In this document: one piece after another, positions 30,778 through 36,721 of the stretch | Layout of the letters: each line of letters begins with the position of its first letter | How positions within the stretch are numbered: position 1 is the first letter of the stretch | IMG/VR virus record: IMGVR_UViG_3300027741_000028 | DNA from: an uncultured virus (IMG/VR IMGVR_UViG_3300027741_000028) | Taxonomy: Duplodnaviria; Heunggongvirae; Uroviricota; Caudoviricetes | Direction: 5' to 3' (one strand) | Length of the DNA: 64,000 nt | Made by a program: the position numbers and the translations under genes | The notes under the pieces: generated by a model | Seen by the model: only the letters and a program-made list of their open reading frames with translations | What the model was told of the DNA's origin: nothing | Database searches by the model: none

Positions 30778-30957
30778 TTATTTTTTATCTCTTAAACGAT
30801 TTTGTTCTAAAATCCTATCAAATTCTTCTTGTTCAGCCTTAGCATCTTCTACTTCTTTAGGTGAAAGTTTACGAAAGATTGCATCATAGTTTTTCGCAAA
30901 CTCTTCCTTAGAAACACTAAAAGGTCTTGGACTTGAACCTTTGCCACCGTCAGACAT
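30778..30957 (-). CDS. Small conserved phage protein (59 aa)
   Basis: MSDGGKGSSPRPFSVSKEEFAKNYDAIFRK...; GGAG SD. Confidence 0.65.
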   Translation of the reverse strand: MSDGGKGSSPRPFSVSKEEFAKNYDAIFRKLSPKEVEDAKAEQEEFDRILEQNRLRDKK

Positions 30958-30958
30958 T

Positions 30959-31204
30959 TTATTCTCCGTAAATGAATACTACATGGTCAATAGTGATAAC
31001 ATAATAATCACCTGACTTCACTGCTGCATTCCAATTCACTAGAACAACATCATCAACTTCTACTTCATCAACCTTAGGACCAATAGATATAACTTTTGCT
31101 TTATCTGGTTCATCAGAACTTTTTAAAATAATTCCTGAATCTGTTTTCTTAGAACCCTCAATACGTTCAATAACGATTCTATTTCCTAATGGTGTAATAT
31201 TCAT
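30959..31204 (-). CDS. groES: Co-chaperonin GroES
   Basis: ITPLGNRIVI..TDSGIIL..KVISIG. Confidence 0.88.
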   Translation of the reverse strand: MNITPLGNRIVIERIEGSKKTDSGIILKSSDEPDKAKVISIGPKVDEVEVDDVVLVNWNAAVKSGDYYVITIDHVVFIYGE

Positions 31205-31220
31205 AATGACCTCAAAAAAA

Positions 31221-31289
31221 TGGAGCGGTTGTCTGCTTTGCTCAGATAATATAAAGGTGGTACCTCAATATCGTACTATTACAAACCGC
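31221..31289 (-). ncRNA. Atypical tRNA-Gly-like RNA
   Basis: GCGGTT/AACCGC acceptor, U discriminator and CCA as in adjacent Gly tRNAs; ACC-centred loop; no GG D-loop or TTC T-loop. Confidence 0.6.
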
Positions 31290-31295
31290 ATATAA

Positions 31296-31369
31296 TGGAG
31301 CGGGATATCAGAATCGAACTGATGACCGAAGATTGGAAATCTGCTGTTTTACCATTAAACTAATCCCGC
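31296..31369 (-). tRNA. tRNA-Gly(TCC)
   Basis: Cloverleaf, TTTCCAA loop, TCCA end. Confidence 0.93.
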
Positions 31370-31389
31370 ATAAATTTGTTGTAGTTACT

Positions 31390-31464
31390 TGGAGCGGGTA
31401 GTGAGAATCGAACTCACAACTAAACCTTGGCAAGGTCTTGTGTTACCACTAGCACCATACCCGC
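31390..31464 (-). tRNA. tRNA-Gly(GCC)
   Basis: Cloverleaf, TTGCCAA loop, TCCA end. Confidence 0.93.
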
Positions 31465-31475
31465 ATCATGCGTAT

Positions 31476-31504
31476 ATTATATAGGCTTCTTTATAAGAAG
31501 TCAA
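31476..31504 (-). promoter_or_regulatory. Sigma70-type promoter directly upstream of the Gly tRNAs
   Basis: TTGACT-N17-TATAAT. Confidence 0.75.
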
Positions 31505-31515
31505 GCATTATTTTT

Positions 31516-31599
31516 TGGTACGAGTAGCCGGAGTCGAACCGGCACACCATAAGCGGCAGATTTTAAGTCTGCTGGGTCTACCAATTCCCCCATACTCGC
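31516..31599 (-). tRNA. tRNA-Leu(TAA)
   Basis: Cloverleaf with variable arm, CTTAAAA loop. Confidence 0.93.
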
Positions 31600-31600
31600 A

Positions 31601-32182
31601 TCACATGGCAGGTCCGTTTCCATTTTTGAAACCAACCTCACCACCTTCTTCTTTGATTCGTTTAATAACATCTTCAAAAAGAATCGGTCTGAAATCTGTT
31701 TGTTCAACACAAACACAATGGTATCTGTTATCAATACCCATTGGTTTCTTATTAAACCCACGAACCTGAACACGATTGGCGTGAAGGTGTCCATGAATGT
31801 TAACACCAAAACGACCAAGACTTTCCTCATGAATGGGAATATGAGACAGAATCATTCCGTTCATTACATGATAAGCACGTAGCTCACGAAAGTGTTGCCT
31901 ATATTCATCATCACGGAAGATATCATGGTTACCACGAATCAGAACTTTATCACCGTTAAGTCTATGCATAATGCTAAGTGCTTTGCGGTTGATAACAACA
32001 TCACCAAGATGATATACTTTATCATTTGGCCTGACTGTTTCGTTCCATCGCTTTACCATTTCTTCATCCATATCATCAGGATTGTCCCATGGCCTAAGCT
32101 TCGTCACACCGTCATCACGGAGAAATCTACACACACCAGCGTGACCAAAATGTGTGTCACTTGTAAGAAATACTGATGGCAT
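31601..32182 (-). CDS. Calcineurin-like metallophosphoesterase
   Basis: SDTHFGH, LGD, RGNHD, SHIP, HGHLH. Confidence 0.92.
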   Translation of the reverse strand: MPSVFLTSDTHFGHAGVCRFLRDDGVTKLRPWDNPDDMDEEMVKRWNETVRPNDKVYHLGDVVINRKALSIMHRLNGDKVLIRGNHDIFRDDEYRQHFRELRAYHVMNGMILSHIPIHEESLGRFGVNIHGHLHANRVQVRGFNKKPMGIDNRYHCVCVEQTDFRPILFEDVIKRIKEEGGEVGFKNGNGPAM

Positions 32183-32200
32183 AATAAACTCCTAAAAAAA

Positions 32201-32275
32201 TGGTCCGGCGTGCAGGAATCGAACCCACATTAAAAGGGTAGAAGCCTTCTGTATTATCCATTATACTAACGCCAG
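32201..32275 (-). tRNA. tRNA-Arg(TCT)
   Basis: Cloverleaf, CTTCTAC loop, CCA. Confidence 0.92.
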
Positions 32276-32281
32276 AATGTT

Positions 32282-32358
32282 TGGTGCCCCAGAGGAGACT
32301 CGAACTCCTAAAATTTTGCTTCTAAGGCAAACACGTATACCAATTCCGTCACCGGGGC
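32282..32358 (-). tRNA. tRNA-Leu(TAG), short variable loop
   Basis: Cloverleaf, CTTAGAA loop, CCA. Confidence 0.9.
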
Positions 32359-32436
32359 AAATAAATACTTATATGACAATACCTTACTCACAACAATCTA
32401 CAGTTGATATTTTATATCGTTTATTCTCAAATGAGG

Positions 32437-32465
32437 AGTATAAAACACGTTCTTCTTATTGTCAA
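32437..32465 (-). promoter_or_regulatory. Sigma70-type promoter inside tRNA array
   Basis: TTGACA-N17-TATACT. Confidence 0.7.
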
Positions 32466-32539
32466 CCAGCCGAGTTTGTTTTATCTGATATTCCTAAAAC
32501 AAATCCACCTAAAAAAGATGAATTTGTTTTAACAACATA

Positions 32540-32615
32540 TGGTGCCAATAGTAAGAGTTGAACTTACGACACATAGATTTTCAGTCTACTGCTCTACCAC
32601 CTGAGCTATATCGGC
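32540..32615 (-). tRNA. tRNA-Phe(GAA)
   Basis: Cloverleaf, CTGAAAA loop. Confidence 0.93.
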
Positions 32616-32619
32616 ATAA

Positions 32620-32694
32620 TGGTACCTTGTGACAGGATCGAACTGCCGACCTTCGCTGTGTAAAAGCGCTACTCTACCGCTGAGTTAACAAGGC
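32620..32694 (-). tRNA. tRNA-Val(TAC)
   Basis: Cloverleaf, TTTACAC loop. Confidence 0.93.
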
Positions 32695-32700
32695 ATAAAT

Positions 32701-32775
32701 TGGGGAGAAATACCAGGATCGAACTGGTGATAACGGAATCACAACCCGTGGTTTTACCACTAAACTAATTTCTCC
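32701..32775 (-). tRNA. tRNA-His(GTG)
   Basis: Cloverleaf, TTGTGAT loop, G-1:C73 pair. Confidence 0.93.
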
Positions 32776-32780
32776 ATAGA

Positions 32781-33164
32781 TTAAGCAATTAATCTTTTTT
32801 TCTTGGCTTCTTCTGCCACAGATTCAAACAAAGAAATATCAGCACGAACTTTTTGTGCATCAACTTCTACATCTGGATTATAATCTTTGAAATTGTCACC
32901 GTGACCAATTTTAATGTGACATTCTTTTTCTTCATCCATACAAAGTGTAATTAGATTATTCATATCTAATTCATGTTCAGGAAAAAGATGAAATGGTTTT
33001 TTGTGATGTACATTTAGATTCTTTGAAGAACCACATGATTCACAAACGGGATGAAATTTTAAATGTAATTTCTGTACACCTGGCCACTTTGGACTTCTTT
33101 CTATACCGTGACCAACTGCTACATCTCTGTTAGCAGTTTTTGCTAAATTAGGTTTTCTTGCCAT
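32781..33164 (-). CDS. HNH endonuclease-family protein
   Basis: CESCG, NVHHKKP, NLITLC..CH...GH. Confidence 0.85.
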   Translation of the reverse strand: MARKPNLAKTANRDVAVGHGIERSPKWPGVQKLHLKFHPVCESCGSSKNLNVHHKKPFHLFPEHELDMNNLITLCMDEEKECHIKIGHGDNFKDYNPDVEVDAQKVRADISLFESVAEEAKKKRLIA

Positions 33165-33200
33165 TGTAATCTCCTAGGGGTTAAACCCCTATGTAGGAGA

Positions 33201-33683
33201 TTATACGGCTTCTTGTTCTGCCAGAATTCTTTTCAATCTGTCAGCACAGAAACTTGCAGCAGGTGCATCTGGTTTAACCATTGGTGTCATGTTACAGGTA
33301 CCTTTGATATAACCAATTGCTTGCTGTACAACACAAGAACTTCCGAATTCATCTGATTTGTTTAAGTCCAAATGAACTTCAACATGAAAATCTTCTAATA
33401 CATCGGCCAATTCTTGGAACAAATCTGATACCTTGTAAACTTCGGTCATCAGTCTCATAGCAGGTTTACTTTTCTTGTGGTCATAATCTAATTCACGGTC
33501 AACGAAACCGAAAATTTTACAACCGTGACGGCCATCAATATGAACTACGACAGCCAATGCATAATCAGCATACCAAACACCATTAATTCTGATTCTTTCA
33601 GAATCGGCACCAAGGTACACTTTGGTTTCTGGTCCTTGACTTGCAAGGAATTCTTTTACTTCCTGTATGTCGAACTTTTTCAT
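33201..33683 (-). CDS. RNase H-like YkuK-family protein
   Basis: VYLGADS, RLMTEV, EVHLDLN, AASFCAD; start at MKKFD (longer ORF overlaps tRNA-Trp). Confidence 0.8.
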   Translation of the reverse strand: MKKFDIQEVKEFLASQGPETKVYLGADSERIRINGVWYADYALAVVVHIDGRHGCKIFGFVDRELDYDHKKSKPAMRLMTEVYKVSDLFQELADVLEDFHVEVHLDLNKSDEFGSSCVVQQAIGYIKGTCNMTPMVKPDAPAASFCADRLKRILAEQEAV

Positions 33684-33704
33684 ATTAATCACCTTATATA
33701 AAAT

Positions 33705-33778
33705 TGGCATCCCGATAGGGACTTGAACCCCAACCAACAGTTTTGGAGACTGCTATGCTGCCATTACACCATCGAGAT
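33705..33778 (-). tRNA. tRNA-Trp(CCA)
   Basis: Cloverleaf, CTCCAAA loop. Confidence 0.92.
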
Positions 33779-33781
33779 ATT

Positions 33782-33856
33782 TGGTCCTCTCGAAAGGAAT
33801 CGAACCTTACGTCTACCGCTTATCAAGCGGGTGCTCTACCATTGAGCTACAAGAGG
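33782..33856 (-). tRNA. tRNA-Ile(GAT)
   Basis: Cloverleaf, TTGATAA loop. Confidence 0.92.
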
Positions 33857-33862
33857 TATTTA

Positions 33863-33938
33863 TGGAGGGTCTTGAGGGATTCAAACCCCCGACCTCTTGG
33901 TTCGTAGCCAAGAGCTCTGTTCACTGAGCTAAAGACCC
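33863..33938 (-). tRNA. tRNA-Arg(ACG)
   Basis: Cloverleaf, CTACGAA loop. Confidence 0.92.
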
Positions 33939-33942
33939 ATAT

Positions 33943-34018
33943 TGGTGGTGATGGAGGGAACCGAGCCCCCAACCTTCTCCGTATGAAGGAGTTGCTCTGC
34001 CGGTTGAGCTACATCACC
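33943..34018 (-). tRNA. tRNA-Met(CAT), probably elongator
   Basis: Cloverleaf, TTCATAC loop, fully paired acceptor. Confidence 0.85.
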
Positions 34019-34091
34019 ATATAGAAACACACTAGACGAGGCGACCTCGTGGCCACAAGTTCCTGCTTATCTCTAATGTGTTTTTATATGG
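34017..34091 (-). ncRNA. Stem-enclosed structured spacer RNA A
   Basis: CCATATAAAAACACATTAGA / TCTAGTGTGTTTCTATATGG closing stem enclosing two small hairpins. Confidence 0.55.
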
Positions 34092-34163
34092 TAGAGGCAC
34101 AGAGAATCGAACTCTGATTAATAGGTTAAAAGCCTACTACTTTAGCCGTTAAGTTATACCCCC
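34089..34163 (-). tRNA. tRNA-Lys(TTT) copy 1
   Basis: Cloverleaf, CTTTTAA loop. Confidence 0.92.
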
Positions 34164-34285
34164 AAAGGTATTTGATTTTGTGCTTTACGCAAGGCCTTAT
34201 TAGTCTTACGATGAACACCTGCTTTTCTAAACAATGCCAAGCGAACGAAACAGTTACGTTCCTTGACGGTTATCTTTCGCTTCAT
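34154..34285 (-). CDS. Very basic 43-aa peptide with stop codon inside tRNA-Lys
   Basis: AGGAG SD; MKRKITVKERNCFVRLALFRKAGVHRKTNKALRKAQNQIPLGV*; not in ORF track. Confidence 0.7.
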   Translation of the reverse strand: MKRKITVKERNCFVRLALFRKAGVHRKTNKALRKAQNQIPLGV

Positions 34286-34303
34286 ATACTACTCCTAAAA
34301 AAA

Positions 34304-34377
34304 TGGTGGACCGTGGGAGAATCGAACTCCCAATCTCGACTTGCAAAACCGATGTTATCCCATTTAACTAACAGCCC
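34304..34377 (-). tRNA. tRNA-Ala(TGC)
   Basis: Cloverleaf, TTTGCAA loop, G3:U70. Confidence 0.92.
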
Positions 34378-34387
34378 CAAAAAAAAC

Positions 34388-34461
34388 TGGTCTCGGTGGA
34401 GGGAATCGAACCCCCGCCACATGGCCCCAAACCACGAATGATACCATTTCACCACACCGAG
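34388..34461 (-). tRNA. tRNA-Pro(TGG)
   Basis: Cloverleaf, TTTGGGG loop. Confidence 0.92.
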
Positions 34462-34466
34462 AAAAT

Positions 34467-34540
34467 TGGTGCCCCACGACAGAATCGAACTGCCATCAGA
34501 GGATTACAAAACCACTGTAATGCCATTATACTAGTAGGGC
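34467..34540 (-). tRNA. tRNA-Thr(TGT)
   Basis: Cloverleaf, TTTGTAA loop. Confidence 0.92.
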
Positions 34541-34548
34541 TAAATAAA

Positions 34549-34759
34549 ATGCTCTGCGTCCTGCGGCGGTAATTATATCGCATCAATCATCGGACTAGAC
34601 GAATAATCCACGACAACATCACGCACGACCTCCACCCGCTTCCCGACCAGGACCGTTCTCGCACTGCCAGCGGCCTTTCGGTTTAAAGACTACCACCCGT
34701 GAGAGTCACCTCACTTCTATCCTGCGGGTCACAGTATCCGCTAACAAAGCGGAACGGCT
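34549..34759 (-). ncRNA. ~210-nt GC-rich structured RNA of unknown class
   Basis: No ORF-track entry; several helices (CCGCT/AGCGG, GTGAG/CTCAC, GGTGGTAGT/ATTACCGCC, CCGAAAGG) between tRNA-Asn and tRNA-Thr. Confidence 0.65.
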
Positions 34760-34760
34760 T

Positions 34761-34835
34761 TGGCTCCAGAGGCAGGGATCGAACCTACGACCAATTGATT
34801 AACAGTCAACTGCACTACCGCTGTGCTACTCTGGA
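34761..34835 (-). tRNA. tRNA-Asn(GTT)
   Basis: Cloverleaf, CTGTTAA loop. Confidence 0.93.
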
Positions 34836-34842
34836 ATATTCT

Positions 34843-35199
34843 TTATACTAACTCATATTCTAAATCTACTGATTCAGAATAGTAACCGTTTGATTCTCCC
34901 AACCAACGAACATCAACATAACCTTTGCGTGTAGCAAATTTGTAAAATGTCCATGTGCGAGATTCAATGTATTCATTTTCTTTAGGTTCTGGTATTTCAC
35001 CTGATACTTCTTCAGCAATCAAAAGTGGTTCACCTTCTAAATCTGATAAATCGCCTACAACGCTTTCAATGTAAACTGATTCGCAACAATTTTGATAATG
35101 ATAGAATCTGAATAATTCAGTATCATTCTTAAACACCATTTCATAACCATCTTGTGTCACCGATGTGAACACTTTTCCAACCATATCATTTATATTCAT
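34843..35199 (-). CDS. Conserved phage hypothetical protein
   Basis: H.Q.CCESV, WTFYKFAT.KGYVDVRW.GESNGYYSESV; start MNIND with AAGGA SD. Confidence 0.75.
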   Translation of the reverse strand: MNINDMVGKVFTSVTQDGYEMVFKNDTELFRFYHYQNCCESVYIESVVGDLSDLEGEPLLIAEEVSGEIPEPKENEYIESRTWTFYKFATRKGYVDVRWLGESNGYYSESVDLEYELV

Positions 35200-35224
35200 T
35201 TTCTTTTCCTTTACAACAATTACT

Positions 35225-35299
35225 TGGCGGTCCCAAGGGGTAACGATCCCCTTCTTTATGCGTGACAGGCATACGTGCGTCCGTGAACACTTTGAGACC
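35225..35299 (-). tRNA. tRNA-Asp(GTC)
   Basis: Cloverleaf, CTGTCAC loop; atypical T-loop ATCGTTA. Confidence 0.88.
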
Positions 35300-35304
35300 A
35301 AATT

Positions 35305-35390
35305 TGGTGGATGCGGTTGGACTTGAACCAACAATGCGCTGAGGCGGAAGATTTACAGTCTCCTGGGGTTACCAATTTTCCTACACATCC
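35305..35390 (-). tRNA. tRNA-Tyr(GTA)
   Basis: Cloverleaf with variable arm, CTGTAAA loop. Confidence 0.92.
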
Positions 35391-35398
35391 ATATTCTT

Positions 35399-35473
35399 TG
35401 GTAGAGGCACAGAGAATCGAACTCTGATTAATAGGTTAAAAGCCTACTACTTTAGCCGTTAAGTTATACCTCC
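35399..35473 (-). tRNA. tRNA-Lys(TTT) copy 2
   Basis: Differs from copy 1 at one base in the acceptor stem. Confidence 0.92.
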
Positions 35474-35477
35474 AAAT

Positions 35478-35723
35478 TACCATACTAAAAGACATTAGGA
35501 TGTTTAACAGAAATAACAGTTTTGATCCTGCCCTACCGTGCCGTCCACGGACTTGTCTGTTAACCACATTACTTGCCAAGTTGTTCCAGCGTGACCACCG
35601 TATCCACTGCATCAAAACAGTTTCGTTTCCATCTTTCATGTAACTTAGTCATTCCAACTCCGTCAGTTGGGGGTGAACTAAATTACCTACTGGCTTGGTA
35701 ACCTAATATGCTTTAGTATGGTA
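35478..35723 (-). ncRNA. Stem-enclosed ~245-nt structured RNA C
   Basis: TACCATACTAAAGCATATTAGG / CCTAATGTCTTTTAGTATGGTA closing stem; internal CCAACT/AGTTGG and AACTGTTTTGAT/ATCAAAACTGTT helices. Confidence 0.6.
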
Positions 35724-35793
35724 CACCGTACCAGAATCGAACTGGTCTTTCCGCCTTGAAAGGGCAGCGTCCTAACCGATAGACGAACGGTGC
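35719..35793 (-). tRNA. tRNA-Glu(TTC)
   Basis: Cloverleaf, CTTTCAA loop. Confidence 0.93.
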
Positions 35794-35798
35794 AAATA

Positions 35799-35822
35799 AC
35801 TACAACAAATTTTTAAAGAACA
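35799..35822 (-). promoter_or_regulatory. boxA-like antitermination element (copy 1)
   Basis: TGTTCTTTAAAAATTTGTTGTAGT resembles rrn boxA TGCTCTTTAACAATTT; repeated at 36422-36445. Confidence 0.75.
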
Positions 35823-35929
35823 GTGGCTGAGGCACAGCCTCATTTAATGTTTCCTGCTTAACTTTTTGCTATTGCTAGCGTGTCTCGCTTTTTGAAACAA
35901 CCTCAATTGATTTCTCAACCGATGAAAGA

Positions 35930-35981
35930 AGTATAACACAACCACATCTTTTGTCAACCATCATGTTGTATTTCAACAACT
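35930..35981 (-). promoter_or_regulatory. Sigma70 promoter with upstream palindrome
   Basis: TTGACA-N16-TATACT; GTTGT-N6-ACAAC palindrome starting 6 bp upstream of -35. Confidence 0.75.
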
Positions 35982-35996
35982 AATACTTTCGTATTA

Positions 35997-36072
35997 TGGA
36001 GTAGGTGGCAGGAGTCGAACCTGCATAAAACGGGGTTGCAATCCGTTCCCTAACCATTCGGGTCACACCTAC
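35997..36072 (-). tRNA. tRNA-Cys(GCA)
   Basis: Cloverleaf, TTGCAAC loop, U73. Confidence 0.92.
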
Positions 36073-36077
36073 ACATT

Positions 36078-36166
36078 TGGCGGAGACTGTGGGAATCGAA
36101 CCCACTCACCGTATCACTACGATGACAGATTAGCAATCTGCTGCATTACCATCCTGCCCAATCTCC
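36078..36166 (-). tRNA. tRNA-Ser(GCT)
   Basis: Long variable arm, TTGCTAA loop, G73. Confidence 0.92.
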
Positions 36167-36171
36167 AAATT

Positions 36172-36263
36172 TGGCGGAAGACGGAGGAGTCGAACCCCAT
36201 CCCATTTCTGAGAACCCAGTTTTCAAGGCTGGTCGCAGTACCAACACCGCTGCATCATCTTCC
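36172..36263 (-). tRNA. tRNA-Ser(TGA), possible 8/4 fold
   Basis: CTTGAAA loop, long variable arm, GGAAGATG/CGTCTTCC 8-bp acceptor. Confidence 0.85.
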
Positions 36264-36346
36264 ATATAGAAACACACTAGGCACCCTTACTAAGTGCTGT
36301 TAGCTATCTCTAAGAATAACTGAACCTAAAGTGTGCTTTTATATGG
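36262..36346 (-). ncRNA. Stem-enclosed structured spacer RNA B
   Basis: CCATATAAAAGCACACTTTAGG / CCTAGTGTGTTTCTATATGG closing stem, homologous to element A, two internal hairpins. Confidence 0.55.
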
Positions 36347-36417
36347 CTGGGGTACCTTGAATCGAACAAGGACCTACGGATTCAAAGTCCGCAGCACTAC
36401 CACTATGCTATACCCCA
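36344..36417 (-). tRNA. tRNA-Gln(TTG)
   Basis: Cloverleaf, CTTTGAA loop. Confidence 0.93.
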
Positions 36418-36421
36418 ATAA

Positions 36422-36445
36422 ACTACAACAAATTTTTAAAGAACA
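36422..36445 (-). promoter_or_regulatory. boxA-like antitermination element (copy 2)
   Basis: TGTTCTTTAAAAATTTGTTGTAGT just downstream of promoter, before first tRNA. Confidence 0.75.
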
Positions 36446-36451
36446 AACAAG

Positions 36452-36504
36452 AGTATAGAATAAATCTACCATCTTGTCAAGTTGGTTGTTGTGAAATGAC
36501 AACA
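36452..36504 (-). promoter_or_regulatory. Sigma70 promoter with upstream palindrome
   Basis: TTGACA-N17-TATACT; TGTTGT-N6-ACAACA 6 bp upstream of -35. Confidence 0.78.
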
Positions 36505-36506
36505 CC

Positions 36507-36545
36507 AAAACAAAAAACCCCTAGATTTTTAGGCCTAGGGGTTTT
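36507..36545 (-). terminator. Intrinsic terminator (attenuator candidate)
   Basis: AAAACCCCTAGG-CCTAAAAA-TCTAGGGGTTTTTTGTTTT. Confidence 0.85.
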
Positions 36546-36569
36546 GTGTTTGTAGTATTTTCTATTACG

Positions 36570-36677
36570 TTATACAAATCCCCTGTCCACCGCCCATGGC
36601 ATATCGGCGCAATTAGGTGTACTAATTGAGCGATACTCTTGCTGAGATTTAAAGGAGTTAAGGTTTAATTTGTTCAT
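36570..36677 (-). CDS. Putative leaderless leader peptide (35 aa)
   Basis: MNKLNLNSFKSQQEYRSISTPNCADMPWAVDRGFV*; ATG 6 nt after TATAAT; last codons complementary to terminator 5' arm. Confidence 0.65.
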   Translation of the reverse strand: MNKLNLNSFKSQQEYRSISTPNCADMPWAVDRGFV

Positions 36678-36683
36678 AGTGTT

Positions 36684-36712
36684 ATTATATAGGAGCTTTT
36701 TGTTTTTGGCAA
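36684..36712 (-). promoter_or_regulatory. Sigma70-type promoter of leader peptide
   Basis: TTGCCA-N17-TATAAT. Confidence 0.75.
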
Positions 36713-36721
36713 GCGGTCATT

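Noticed and set aside
31501..35639. Track ORFs 31501-31830, 31515-31769, 34172-34441, 35436-35639 and the N-terminal extensions of 33201 and 34843
   Set aside because: They overlap tRNA genes, structured RNAs or better-supported genes.
36172..36263. Selenocysteine tRNA or opal suppressor
   Set aside because: The anticodon is UGA (reads Ser UCA), not UCA; no selA/selB in the window.
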